Source of the DNA: Candidatus Palauibacter sp.
GTDB lineage: Bacteria; Gemmatimonadota; Gemmatimonadetes; Palauibacterales; Palauibacteraceae
Assembly: GCF_965208055.1 (NCBI RefSeq)
Contig: NZ_CBDBNY010000004.1
Location: 2,880,185-2,944,184, forward strand
Direction of reading: 5' to 3'
DNA: 64,000 nucleotides
In this document: in pieces, positions 26,522 through 36,649 of the stretch
Numbering within the stretch: the stretch's first letter is position 1
Layout of the letters: the number at the start of each line of letters is the position of its first letter
The notes under the pieces: model-generated
Told to the model about the DNA's origin: nothing
Databases searched by the model: none
What the model saw: only the letters and a program-made list of their open reading frames with translations
Made by a program: the position numbers and the translations under genes

Positions 26522-29035
26522 GTGAAGACATTGAGTGCGGGTGCGGTTCTGTGGTTGTGGTTCGCCCTCATGGGGCAGCCTTCGGGGGATCGTGCGTCCG
26601 GCACGGCGCCCACCGCGCCCCTTTCCGATCACGACCTGGCCGCCCTCGTCGACACGACGGATCTGACCGCCGTCGTCCAGCGCTACTGCGCCCGCTGTCA
26701 CAACGAGCGCCTGCTGCGCGGGAACCTCATCCTGGAGACGTTCGACGTGGAGGCGGCGCACGAGCGGGCCCCCACGGCGGAGAAGATGATCCGGAAGCTC
26801 CGCGCGGGGATGATGCCGCCGCCCGGTCAACGCCGGCCCTCGGCGGACACGCTGCTGGCCCTCGTCGAGACGCTCGAGAGCGTGGTCGACCGCGACGCCG
26901 CCCGTGACCGCAACCCCGGCTCCCGGCGCTTCCAGCGGCTGAACCGGGCCGAATATGCGCGCGTCATCCGCGATCTCCTCGACCTCGAGATCGACGCCGG
27001 CCGCTGGCTCCCGGCGGACACCTACCTCGGCGCCTTCGACAACATGGCGGACGCGCAGGGCCTCTCGACCACCCTCCTCGAGGCCTATTTGCGGGCCGCC
27101 ACTGAGGTGAGCCGGATCGCCGTCGGCAACCCGGCCGCCCCCTCGAAGACCGCGAAGTACACGAACCCGATCGACGTCTCGCAGCACGCCTGGGATCACA
27201 TCGAGGGCGCGCCGTACGGGACGCGCGGCGGGATGGTCGTGACCCACGACTTCCCGGTGGATGGGGAGTACGTGGTCTCGATCGAGACGCTCTTCGGGCA
27301 GGGGACCGGTTTCCAGGACATCGACATCTCGATCGACGGGGAAGGGGTCGCCCTTCTCGGCCTCGAGCATGGCGGGCGCTCGACGGTGCCGATCCGGACG
27401 GAACCCATCTTCGTGAAGGCGGGGCAGCGCCAGGTCGCGGCGGCGTTCGTGCGCACGATCGAGGGGCCGTACGAGGACCGTCTGAAGACGCCCGGCTGGT
27501 CCTTCGTCGGAGGCGAGGACTCCCAGGCGTGGGCGAACTACGGGATCACGGCCCTGCCGCACCTGAGTGACCTGATGATCACAGGCCCTCGGCGCAGCAC
27601 GGGCGTCTCCGAGACGGCGAGCCGGCAGAGGATATTCCACTGCCATCCGGGGCGTGGCGAGGCCGTGGCGGGGGCGTCCGGGGCGGGGGCGTCCGGGCCG
27701 GCGGCCCGCGAGGAGGCTCGGGCGTGCGCGGAGTCGATCGTGACCCGGCTTGCGCGCGAGGCGTACCGGCGGCCGGTGACGGAGGAGGATCTCGCGGGGC
27801 CGATGGCCTTCTACGACGGCGCCGCGGCGGAGGACGGGTTCGAGATCGGGGTGCGGACCGCGCTGCAGGCGATCCTCGCCAACCCCTCCTTCATCTTCCG
27901 TCTCGAGCAGGCGCCGCCCGAGGTCGCGCCCGGTGAGAGCTATCCGATCGCGGACGTGGACCTCGCATCGCGCCTTTCGTTCTTCCTCTGGGCGGCGAGC
28001 CCGGATGACGAACTGCTGACGCTGGCCGCGGAGGGAGGGCTCTCGGATCCGGCGGTCCTCGAGGCGCAGGTGCGCCGGATGCTGGCGGACCCCCGCGCGG
28101 AGGCGCTCTCGACGCGCTTCGCCTCGCAGTGGCTGCGGCTCCAGGACGCGGAGGACAACCAGCCCGAGCCCTACCTCTATCCGGACTTCACCGGCCAGCT
28201 TCGCGAGGACCTGGTCCGGGAGACGCAACTCCTCTTCGATCACCTGATTCGAGAGGACCGGAGTCTGCTCGAACTGTTCACGGCGGACTACACCTTCTTG
28301 AACGAGCGCCTCGCGGGCCACTACGGGATCCCGGGCGTCGCGGGGCCCGAATTCCGGCGGGTGAGCTACCCGGGCGCCAGCCGGCGCGGAGTGCTGGGGC
28401 ACGGGAGCGTCCTGCTGCTCACGTCGATGTCCGCGCGTACCTCGCCGGTGCTGCGCGGGAAGTGGGTGATGGAGGTGCTCATGGGCACGCCGCCGCCGCC
28501 CCCGCCGCCCAACATCCCGGCCTTCGACGACACGGAGTCCGCCCGGGGCGGGCGGCTGCTGACGACGCGCGAACGGCTGGAGATGCACGCGGCCAACCCG
28601 ACGTGCCGTTCGTGCCACCGGTTCATGGACCCGATCGGGCTCGCGCTCGACCACTACGACGTGACGGGTCGCGTGCGGATCCGTGAGAACGGCGTCGCGC
28701 TCGACACGCGGGGGACCTTCTACGACGGGACCGACGTGAGCACGCCGGCGGAACTCGTGGACCTGCTCATGAAGCGGCCGGTCCCGCTCGTCCGGAACTT
28801 CGCGGCGCATCTGCTCGCGTACGCGATCGGGCGCCGCGCGGAGTACTTCGACCAGCCCGGGATCCGGACCATCGCGCGCGAGGCGGAAGCCAACGACTAC
28901 CGGATGTCCTCGTTCATCCTCGGCGTCGTGAACAGCGACCCCTTCCGGATGGCGCGTCCCGCGCCCGCCGTGGAGGAAGAGGGGGAATCGGAAGACCGAA
29001 TGAAAAATAGCCTGAGAAGCGGAGTGGGCTCATGA
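26522..29035 (+). CDS. DUF1592/DUF1595/DUF1587/DUF1588-family protein (PSD1-like) with a cytochrome-c-type CxxCH motif.
   Basis: GTG start with a signal-like N-terminus. CARCHNE is present. A long conserved multi-domain body is present, including GTPPPPPPPNIPAFDD and ANPTCRSCHRFMDPIGLALDHYD, as in DUF1592 proteins that pair with DUF1552. Confidence 0.75.
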   Translation: MKTLSAGAVLWLWFALMGQPSGDRASGTAPTAPLSDHDLAALVDTTDLTAVVQRYCARCHNERLLRGNLILETFDVEAAHERAPTAEKMIRKLRAGMMPPPGQRRPSADTLLALVETLESVVDRDAARDRNPGSRRFQRLNRAEYARVIRDLLDLEIDAGRWLPADTYLGAFDNMADAQGLSTTLLEAYLRAATEVSRIAVGNPAAPSKTAKYTNPIDVSQHAWDHIEGAPYGTRGGMVVTHDFPVDGEYVVSIETLFGQGTGFQDIDISIDGEGVALLGLEHGGRSTVPIRTEPIFVKAGQRQVAAAFVRTIEGPYEDRLKTPGWSFVGGEDSQAWANYGITALPHLSDLMITGPRRSTGVSETASRQRIFHCHPGRGEAVAGASGAGASGPAAREEARACAESIVTRLAREAYRRPVTEEDLAGPMAFYDGAAAEDGFEIGVRTALQAILANPSFIFRLEQAPPEVAPGESYPIADVDLASRLSFFLWAASPDDELLTLAAEGGLSDPAVLEAQVRRMLADPRAEALSTRFASQWLRLQDAEDNQPEPYLYPDFTGQLREDLVRETQLLFDHLIREDRSLLELFTADYTFLNERLAGHYGIPGVAGPEFRRVSYPGASRRGVLGHGSVLLLTSMSARTSPVLRGKWVMEVLMGTPPPPPPPNIPAFDDTESARGGRLLTTRERLEMHAANPTCRSCHRFMDPIGLALDHYDVTGRVRIRENGVALDTRGTFYDGTDVSTPAELVDLLMKRPVPLVRNFAAHLLAYAIGRRAEYFDQPGIRTIAREAEANDYRMSSFILGVVNSDPFRMARPAPAVEEEGESEDRMKNSLRSGVGS

Positions 29036-30468
29036 ATTTCATCACCGGCACACACCTCTCGCGCCGCACCTTCCTGCGAGGGGCCGGCGCCAGCGTGGCG
29101 CTGCCCCTGCTCGACGCGATGGTCCCCGCCGGACGGCTGTGGGCCGACCCGGCCAGGGCGACCGGGGCAGCGGAATTCACGCGTCTGGTCTGCATCGAGG
29201 AGTCGATGGGCGCGGCGGGTTCGAGCGACTGGGGCGACGCCCGGCACCTGTTCGCGCCGGCGGCGACCGGGCGCGACTTCGAGCTGGTCGCGGACAGCCA
29301 ACTCAAGCCGCTGGAGGCGTTCCGCGAGTACATGACGATCGTGAGCAACACGGATTGTCGCTCGGCGGAAGCGTTTCGGGCCGAGGAGATCGGCGGCGAC
29401 CACGACCGGTCGACGGCGGTGTTCCTCACCCAGGCGCATCCGAAGCAGACGCAGGGGTCCGACATCTTCCTCGGCACCTCGCTGGACCAGTTGCATGCCA
29501 AGCGCTTCGGGCGGGAGACCGTGCTCCCTTCGCTCGAACTCTGCATCGAGGGGATCGATCGGGGCGGGGGCTGCGCGTACAACTACCACTGCGCGTACAC
29601 GACGTCGCTCGCCTGGGCGTCGCCGAACCAGCCGCTGCCGGCCATCCGGGAGCCGCGCGTCGTGTTCGAACGCCTGTTCGGCGCCGGGGACTCGGCCGAG
29701 GACCGGGCCGCACGCCGCCGCACGGACCGCAGCATGATCGACTGGATCGCGACCGAGGTCGCTCGGCTCAGGAGGACGCTGGGCGCGGCGGACCGGGTCG
29801 CGCTTGACGAGTACGTCGAGCACATCCGCGAAATCGAGCGCCGGATCCAGCTCGTCGAGGCGCGCAACGCGAGCGGGGAGGAACGGGAGATGCCGGAGGC
29901 GCCTTCCGGGGTCCCGGACTCCTTCGAGGAGCACATGCGGCTCATGTTCGACCTGCAGTTGCTCGCGCTGCAGACCGACCTCACGCGCGTCATCACCTTC
30001 AAGACCGGCTTCGATCAGTCCAACCGGACCTTCCCGGCGAGCGGGACGACGAAGTCCGTCCACGGGGCGTCGCACCACGGCAACGTCCCCGAGGACATCA
30101 TGGACTTCAACAGGATCAACACGTACCGGCTGGGCCAGGTCGCGTACTTCCTGGAGAAGCTGCGCGACACGGTCGAGGGCGACGCCTCGCTGCTCGACAA
30201 GACGGCGATCGTGTGGGGTTCGCCGATGGCGGACGGGAACCTCCACAACCACCGGCGCGCGCCGCTGTTGATCATGGGCGGGGCGAACGGGGCGCTCGAG
30301 GGCGGCGTCCATCTGCGGGCCCCCGACGGGACGCCGATGGCGAACGCCTTCGTGAGCCTCATGCGGAAGATCGGGCACCCGGAGATGGCCTCGTTCGGCG
30401 ACAGCGACGGACTCTTCCCGCTCGACTTCACGGGCGAGGCGGCCCCGGGCGGGAGCGGCACGGGATGA
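29032..30468 (+). CDS. DUF1552 domain-containing protein (Tat-signal).
   Basis: SRRTFLRGAGASVALP is a twin-arginine signal. Overlaps the DUF1592 stop (ATGA). This is the classic DUF1592/DUF1552 gene pair. Confidence 0.75.
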   Translation: MNFITGTHLSRRTFLRGAGASVALPLLDAMVPAGRLWADPARATGAAEFTRLVCIEESMGAAGSSDWGDARHLFAPAATGRDFELVADSQLKPLEAFREYMTIVSNTDCRSAEAFRAEEIGGDHDRSTAVFLTQAHPKQTQGSDIFLGTSLDQLHAKRFGRETVLPSLELCIEGIDRGGGCAYNYHCAYTTSLAWASPNQPLPAIREPRVVFERLFGAGDSAEDRAARRRTDRSMIDWIATEVARLRRTLGAADRVALDEYVEHIREIERRIQLVEARNASGEEREMPEAPSGVPDSFEEHMRLMFDLQLLALQTDLTRVITFKTGFDQSNRTFPASGTTKSVHGASHHGNVPEDIMDFNRINTYRLGQVAYFLEKLRDTVEGDASLLDKTAIVWGSPMADGNLHNHRRAPLLIMGGANGALEGGVHLRAPDGTPMANAFVSLMRKIGHPEMASFGDSDGLFPLDFTGEAAPGGSGTG

Positions 30469-32480
30469 GGCGCGGCGCGGGAGCCTTCGCGGTCGCGCTC
30501 GCGATTGCGGCCCTCCTGCCGGCGGGTTCGGCCGCGCAGGAGGGAGCGTCCGCCTCCAACGACCGGCTGCTCGAGGTGGCGCGCGGCGGGGATGTGGACG
30601 TCGTGCGCGCGCTCGTGGGGAACGGCGCGGACGTGAGCGCGGCGCGGGGGGATGGGATGACCGCGTTGCACTTCGCCGCCGAGAGCGGCCGCGCGGAGGT
30701 GGCCCGGGTGCTGCTCGACGCGGGCGCGGCGGTCGACGCCGGGACGCGGATCGGCCGCTATGCGCCGCTGCACCTGGCCGCCCGCGGAGGGCACGGGCCC
30801 GTCGTCGCGCTCCTGCTGCAGGCCGGGGCCGACGCGAACGCCGCGACGACGAACAGCGGCGTGACCGCGCTGCACCTCGCCGCCGCCGCCGTGGACGGCC
30901 GGTCCGCCGTGGCCGCGCTGCTCGACCACGGCGCCGATCCGAACGCCCGGGAGGGGTCGGCGGGGCAGACCCCCCTGATGTTCGCCGCCGCCGCGAACCG
31001 GCCCGCCGCGGTCGCCGCGCTGCTCGAGGCCGGCGCCGACCCCGGCCTCACGACCGCCGTGGTCGACGTCCTGCCCCGCCTGGCGCTGGACCGGGAGGCC
31101 AACCGCCGCATGCGGGACATGATCGGCGCGCCGGCCGAAACGCTCGGACCGTACAGGCCCGAGGTGGACCCCGACGCGGACCCCGATGCGGACCCCGATG
31201 CGGACCCCGACGCCGAGTGGCCGGGCGAGCCCGGCCCGGCCCGCGTTCAGGCCGCCATCCGCGCCCAGCGCGAGTTCCTCCGCTCGGGCTCCGACGTCGG
31301 CGACGTCGGCGCGCACTCGCTCGGCCGCGTGGGGCCCGACTACCCGGGCGGCCCCGACCTCATCCGTCCCCCGTACCGCGAGGTGCTCGTCGGCCGGACC
31401 GGCGGGATGACCGCGCTGCTGCACGCGGCGCGCGAGGGCCACATCGAAGCGGCCACGGCCCTCCTCGACGGCGGCGCGGACATCGACCGGGTGAGCGCGG
31501 ACGCCACGAGCCCCCTCCTCATGGCGGCGCTCAACGGCCAGTTCGACCTGGCGCTCGTCCTCATCGAACGCGGCGCCGACCCCGACCTCGCCGCCTCGAC
31601 GGACGGGGCCACGCCCCTCTTCGCCGTCCTCCAGACCCAGTGGGCGCCCAAGTCCAACTACCCGCAGCCGCGCGCGCAGGACCTGCAGGACGCCGGGCAC
31701 ATGGACGTGCTCCGCGCGCTGCTCGAGGCCGGGGCCGACCCCAACCCGCGCCTGAACACGCACCTGTGGTACTGGGAATACGGCCTCACGAAGATGGGGA
31801 TCGACCTCACGGGAGCGACGCCGTTCTGGCGGGCGGCCTTCGCGCAGGACCTCGAGGCGATGAAGCTCCTCGTCGCGCGCGGAGCGGATCCGCACATCCC
31901 CACGCGCTGGCCCGAAGTCGGGATGCGCGAGCGGCGGCAGCAGGATGGCCGGCAGCAGGAGGACTCCGCGCTGCCCTGGATTCCGGAGGGGGCGCCCAAC
32001 GCCTGGCCGATCCACGCGGCGGCGGGTGGCGGCTACCTGGGGCTGGGCGCGTTCAGCGTCCGCAACCGGCCCGACCAGTTCATCCCCGCCGTGAGGTACC
32101 TGATCGAGGAACTCGGCGCGAACGTGAACCATCGCGACTCGTGGCTCTACACTCCGATGCACTACGCGGCGTCCCGCGGAGACAACGACCTCATCGAGTA
32201 TCTCGTGTCCCGGGGCGGGGACGTCTCCGCGATCACCCGCCTCGGCCAATCCACGGCAGACATGGCGCGCGGCGGCCGGGCCGGCTTCTTCACCCGCGTC
32301 CCGTTCCCGGAGACGGTCGAACTGCTGACGACTCTCGGCGCGACCCTCGAGTGCCTGCACACGCACTTCCTGGACACCGGGGACTCCTGCCCCGGCGCGG
32401 GAATCAACGACCCCTGGGCGCCTGCCGCGACGGACGAGGAGGAGAAACGGTCCGACAGCGGCAAGCCGGGCGCGCGCTGA
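30465..32480 (+). CDS. Secreted ankyrin-repeat protein.
   Basis: Start MRRGAGAFAVALAIAALLPAGSAAQ overlaps the DUF1552 stop (ATGA). More than 10 ANK units (G.TALHFAAESGRAEVARVLLDAGAAVDA...) and an internal PDADPDADPDADPDA linker. Confidence 0.7.
   Translation: MRRGAGAFAVALAIAALLPAGSAAQEGASASNDRLLEVARGGDVDVVRALVGNGADVSAARGDGMTALHFAAESGRAEVARVLLDAGAAVDAGTRIGRYAPLHLAARGGHGPVVALLLQAGADANAATTNSGVTALHLAAAAVDGRSAVAALLDHGADPNAREGSAGQTPLMFAAAANRPAAVAALLEAGADPGLTTAVVDVLPRLALDREANRRMRDMIGAPAETLGPYRPEVDPDADPDADPDADPDAEWPGEPGPARVQAAIRAQREFLRSGSDVGDVGAHSLGRVGPDYPGGPDLIRPPYREVLVGRTGGMTALLHAAREGHIEAATALLDGGADIDRVSADATSPLLMAALNGQFDLALVLIERGADPDLAASTDGATPLFAVLQTQWAPKSNYPQPRAQDLQDAGHMDVLRALLEAGADPNPRLNTHLWYWEYGLTKMGIDLTGATPFWRAAFAQDLEAMKLLVARGADPHIPTRWPEVGMRERRQQDGRQQEDSALPWIPEGAPNAWPIHAAAGGGYLGLGAFSVRNRPDQFIPAVRYLIEELGANVNHRDSWLYTPMHYAASRGDNDLIEYLVSRGGDVSAITRLGQSTADMARGGRAGFFTRVPFPETVELLTTLGATLECLHTHFLDTGDSCPGAGINDPWAPAATDEEEKRSDSGKPGAR
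31168..31215 (+). repeat. 12-bp x 4 coding microsatellite (gaccccgaYgcg) encoding a (DPDA)n linker in the ankyrin protein.
   Basis: Direct reading of gaccccgacgcggaccccgatgcggaccccgatgcggaccccgacgcc. Confidence 0.7.
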
Positions 32481-32501
32481 CCGCCAGCCCCGAGAGGAAG
32501 C

Positions 32502-33662
32502 ATGAAGACCCAACCGCTTTGCCTGACCGTCATGCTCGCCGCGTCCCTTGCCGCCTCGGCATGTGAAGCCGGCGACCGCGCGGCCGCCGCCACGATGGAC
32601 GGAGCGAACGGCGCCGTCGTGAAGGGGGGAGACGACCGCACCGGGCCGTACGATCCCGTAGCCGGCTGGTGGAAGGCTGCTCCCGACCACGACGACGCGT
32701 GGGGCTGGGGGCAGGTGGCCGGCGTCGCGGTGGACCACGCGGACCGCATCATCGTCGTCACGCGCGGCGACTGGCCCGCCGACCGCTCGGCCCCGCGCGA
32801 GGGCCGGCTGCGGCGCACGAACTACGTCGTCGTCGCGAACGGCAACGGCGAGATCGTCGAACAGTGGGCGCAGTGGGACTCCATCTTCACGCTCCCGCAC
32901 CAGGTGTACATCAGCCCCTACGACCCCGACCGGCACGTGTGGGTGATCGACAGCGGCGGCGGAGAAGGGCACATGCAGGTCGTCAAGTTCACGAACGACG
33001 GCAGCGAGATCGCGATGCGCCTCGGCGAACGCGACCACCCGAAGACGCGCGAGGCCGCCCGCGCCCGATCCGACTGGGGACCCTACACCTACGGCTGGCC
33101 ATCGAAGCTCGCGTTCCTCCCGGACGGGAGCTTCCTGCTGGCCGACGGGTACTGGAACTCGCGGATCATCAAGTACTCGGAGGACGGAGAGTTCATCATG
33201 CAGTGGGGCGGGCTCGGCACCGGCCCGGGCGAGTTCGATCTCCTGCACGGTCTCGCGGTGGACGAGGACCGGGTCTATGTCGCGGACCGGCAGAACGAAC
33301 GCCTCCAGTTGTTCACGCATGACGGCGAGTTCATCGAGGAATGGCCGAACATCTTCGATCCCGTGAACATCTGGCTCGACGCGAACAGCGCCGTGTGGGT
33401 CCTGGACGCGACGCTGAACCGCGTTCTGAAGTACGACCGCGACGGTGTCCTCCAGGACTACTGGGGCGCCTACGGCGCGGCGGGCGCGATCGGGCGCGGG
33501 ACATGGCCGGGCGGCCTCTCCCTGCCTCACCAGCTGGATATGGACGCGGACGGCAACCTGTATATTGCCTCCTACAGCGGCGGTTGGATCAACAAGTTCA
33601 CCCCGAAGCCGGACGCGGACCCGGGGAGGCTCCTGGGACCGCGGCTGCTTCTGAGAGACTGA
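32502..33662 (+). CDS. Secreted NHL-repeat beta-propeller protein (fold like peptidyl-alpha-hydroxyglycine lyase).
   Basis: Signal or lipoprotein N-terminus (LAASLAASAC). Repeats of ...DG.FL.AD....RIIKYSEDGEFIMQWGGLGTGPGEFD... type. Confidence 0.6.
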   Translation: MKTQPLCLTVMLAASLAASACEAGDRAAAATMDGANGAVVKGGDDRTGPYDPVAGWWKAAPDHDDAWGWGQVAGVAVDHADRIIVVTRGDWPADRSAPREGRLRRTNYVVVANGNGEIVEQWAQWDSIFTLPHQVYISPYDPDRHVWVIDSGGGEGHMQVVKFTNDGSEIAMRLGERDHPKTREAARARSDWGPYTYGWPSKLAFLPDGSFLLADGYWNSRIIKYSEDGEFIMQWGGLGTGPGEFDLLHGLAVDEDRVYVADRQNERLQLFTHDGEFIEEWPNIFDPVNIWLDANSAVWVLDATLNRVLKYDRDGVLQDYWGAYGAAGAIGRGTWPGGLSLPHQLDMDADGNLYIASYSGGWINKFTPKPDADPGRLLGPRLLLRD

Positions 33663-33684
33663 GTGTGCGGAAGATGCGGGAGAC

Positions 33685-35001
33685 ATGAAGCCGAAGCGCC
33701 GTTCCGTCTCCACCCGAGCCGCGACGCTCCTGCTGGCATTCCTCTCATGTCAGTCTATCGTCGGGTGTAGCGACAGCCCGACGGGTCCGCCCGAACCGCC
33801 GGAACCGCCCGAACCGCCGCCGGTAGCCACGCTGCTCGCCGCCTGCGAGGGGGGGAGGGCGCGCGGCTTCCCGTGCGAGCGTGTGGACCTCGTCGGGCGC
33901 GTGGCCCTGCCGAACCTGACACCGGGACGAACCCCCGACGGGACGAGCGATCGCTGGGCCGTGAACGACATCTGGGGGTGGACGGATCCGCAGACGGGTG
34001 TGGAGTATGCCCTCGTCGCACGCCACGACGGGCTCGCCATCGTCGATCTCTCGACTCCGATCGAACCGCGGCCCATCGCGTTCATGGGCTCCCCGACCTC
34101 GTACAGTGCCTGGCGCGACGTGAAGGTGTACGCGGATCACGCGTACGTCGTGGCCGAAATCACGGGGCACGGAGTGCAGGTGCTCGACCTCACCCGGCTT
34201 CGCGGACTGACGGAGTTCACGGTCTTGAGCGCGGATGCCCGCTACCGGGAGGTGAGCGCGGTCCACAACATCGCGATCAACGAGGAGACCGGTTTCGCCT
34301 ACGCCGTCGGCAGCAACTCGGGCGGCGAAACGTGCGGCGGCGGCCTGCACATGATCGATCTCTCGGACCCGCGGAACCCGACGTTCGCGGGGTGTTACGC
34401 GGCGGAGGGGACGGGCTGGCTGGGCAGCGGGTACACGCACGATGTCCAGTGCGTCGTATACCGGGGTCCCGACGGCGACCACGCGGGTCGCGAGATCTGC
34501 ATCGGCGCGAACGAGACCGCGATCGTCGTCTCCGACGTGACGGACAAGTCGAATCCGGTGACGGTGTCGACCGCCACCTACGCGGACCGCGACTACATCC
34601 ACCAGGGGTGGCTCAGCGAGGACCACCGGTACTTCTACCAGAACGATGAGGCGGACGAGCGGAACAACCGGGTGTCGCGGACGCGCCTGCTCGTATGGGA
34701 CGTCACCGACCTCGACGATCCGGTGCTCGCGAAGGAGCACCTGGGCCCCAGCGAGGCGGTCGATCACAACCTCTACGTCCATGAGGGGTTGATCTACCAC
34801 TCGAATTACACGTTCGGGGTGCGCATCCTCGACATCTCGGATCCGGCGAATCCCATGGAGCGGGGCTACTTCGACACGGTGCCGGACCGTGACGACCAGA
34901 CGTTCGACGGCTCCTGGTCGACCTACCCCTGGTTCGAGAGCGGCATCTTCGTCGCCTCGAGCTGGGACGAGGGCCTCTTCGTCCTGCGCCTCCAGCAGTA
35001 G
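33685..35001 (+). CDS. LVIVD-repeat (choice-of-anchor-B-like) beta-propeller lipoprotein.
   Basis: Lipoprotein N-terminus followed by a PPEPPEPPEPPP linker. Six D[LIV]S[DN]PxNP-type motifs, WGWTDPQTG and CGGGLHMIDLS. Paralog of the 35255 gene and of the C-terminus of the 2046 gene. Confidence 0.7.
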   Translation: MKPKRRSVSTRAATLLLAFLSCQSIVGCSDSPTGPPEPPEPPEPPPVATLLAACEGGRARGFPCERVDLVGRVALPNLTPGRTPDGTSDRWAVNDIWGWTDPQTGVEYALVARHDGLAIVDLSTPIEPRPIAFMGSPTSYSAWRDVKVYADHAYVVAEITGHGVQVLDLTRLRGLTEFTVLSADARYREVSAVHNIAINEETGFAYAVGSNSGGETCGGGLHMIDLSDPRNPTFAGCYAAEGTGWLGSGYTHDVQCVVYRGPDGDHAGREICIGANETAIVVSDVTDKSNPVTVSTATYADRDYIHQGWLSEDHRYFYQNDEADERNNRVSRTRLLVWDVTDLDDPVLAKEHLGPSEAVDHNLYVHEGLIYHSNYTFGVRILDISDPANPMERGYFDTVPDRDDQTFDGSWSTYPWFESGIFVASSWDEGLFVLRLQQ

Positions 35002-35254
35002 CGGTGGAACCCGCCACCCGGCTTCCCGGCCCTCTCCTTCAGGACCCTCCCTCGGCGTTCGGGGTACTGCCACTAACGAGTCATCAACAATTCCGAGGGA
35101 GCGAGAACATTGATCCAGCGGGGCGGCGCCGGACGCCGATAGACCGCGCCAGACGCCGATAGGCCCTGCTTCCATGTTGCACAGCGCCGGACGACCCGAG
35201 GGGTGGTTCGGCAGGCGACTCCTCCCTCGTAGAAGGAATAGATGAGGTGGATGA

Positions 35255-36559
35255 ATGCTTGCCGATCTCGGAACCGCGCGCGTCAGGCGTACGACGGCCG
35301 CTCTCGTTTCGACTCTGATCCTCACCGCGTGCGGCGAGAGCCTTGCGGGCCCCGTCGAACGGGACACGGATCCTCCAACCCTGTCCACCGCACCCGTCCT
35401 GGTGCGCACGACCGCCTGTCAGGGCGGGTCGGCGGGCGGGTTCCCGTGCAACGGTGTGGACCTCGTCGCGAGGATGACCGCCAGCGCCCTGCGGCCGGGG
35501 AGGGCGGCGACCCACGTGAACGATGTCTGGGGATGGACCGACCCGCAGACGGGCGTCGAGTACGCCCTGGTCGGCCGCGACGACGGGCTCTCGATCGTCG
35601 ACCTCTCCACGCCTCACGCGCCGCGGCCGATTGCGTTCCTCCCATCCCATACCGGTTCGAGCCTTTGGCGCGACATGAAGGTGTACGCGGACCATGTCTA
35701 CGTCGTCGCGGACAACATCGCCGGCCACGGGATGCAGATTCTCGACCTGACGCGGCTGCGCGGGCTGGCGGCCTTCACCGAACTCTCGGCTGACGCCCGG
35801 TATACCCGCGTAAGCGCGGTCCACAACCTCGCGATCAACGAAGAGACCGGTTTCGCCTACGCCGTCGGAAGCAACCGTGGCGGCGACACGTGCGGGGGCG
35901 GGCTGCACATGATCAATCTCTCGAACCCGACGAGCCCGAGCTTCGCGGGGTGCCACGCCGTCCCGGGCACCGGGCGCCAAGGGAGGGGATACACGCACGA
36001 TGTCCAGTGCGTCGTATATGGCGGGCCGGACGGCGCGTACGCCGGTCGAGAGATCTGCGTGGGCGCCAACGAGACCGCGATCGTCGTCTCGGACGTGACG
36101 GACAAGGCGAACCCGAGGGCGCTCTCCACCGGCGCCTACGCCGACTACGGCTACGTCCATCAGGGGTGGCTCAGCGAAGACCATCGGTACTTCTACCAGA
36201 ACGATGAACTGGATGAACTGAACGGCCGGGTCTCCCGGACGCGCCTGCTCGTGTGGGACCTGGTCGATCTCGATGATCCCGTCCTCGTAAGGGAGCATCC
36301 GGGTCCCACGGGGGCGATCGACCACAACCTCTACGTCCGCGGCAACTCCATCTACCACTCCAACTACGCGTTCGGAGTTCGGATCCTCGACATCTCGAAC
36401 GCGGCGACGCCCGTGGAGCGGGGCTTCTTCGATACCGTAGCCAGCCATGACAACACGTCGTGGGCCGGCTCGTGGTCGACCTATCCCTGGTTCGAGAGCG
36501 GCGTTTTCGTCGCCACGAGCTGGGACGAGGGCCTTTTCGTCCTGCGTCTTCAGCGGTAG
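35255..36559 (+). CDS. LVIVD-repeat (choice-of-anchor-B-like) beta-propeller lipoprotein, tandem paralog.
   Basis: Lipobox ILTAC. About 70 % identical by eye to the 33685 product (NDVWGWTDPQTGVEYALVGRDDGLSIVDLSTP...). Confidence 0.7.
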   Translation: MLADLGTARVRRTTAALVSTLILTACGESLAGPVERDTDPPTLSTAPVLVRTTACQGGSAGGFPCNGVDLVARMTASALRPGRAATHVNDVWGWTDPQTGVEYALVGRDDGLSIVDLSTPHAPRPIAFLPSHTGSSLWRDMKVYADHVYVVADNIAGHGMQILDLTRLRGLAAFTELSADARYTRVSAVHNLAINEETGFAYAVGSNRGGDTCGGGLHMINLSNPTSPSFAGCHAVPGTGRQGRGYTHDVQCVVYGGPDGAYAGREICVGANETAIVVSDVTDKANPRALSTGAYADYGYVHQGWLSEDHRYFYQNDELDELNGRVSRTRLLVWDLVDLDDPVLVREHPGPTGAIDHNLYVRGNSIYHSNYAFGVRILDISNAATPVERGFFDTVASHDNTSWAGSWSTYPWFESGVFVATSWDEGLFVLRLQR

Positions 36560-36649
36560 CGGACCGTAAGGGTTGCTCTGTCGACACTGGCCCCGGCGGG
36601 CGCCTCGCCCATAGAGTCGATCAGCAACCTCAAGGAGAAGGAGTCCCCG

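Noticed and set aside
31168-31215. Short regularly spaced repeats considered as a possible CRISPR array.
   Set aside because: The 12-bp units have no spacers and are in-frame inside a coding sequence. This is a microsatellite, not a CRISPR array.
30015-33713. The 1232-aa minus ORF.
   Set aside because: Antisense to the ankyrin and NHL genes. GC-rich repeats such as ankyrin genes routinely give open antisense frames. No motif content.
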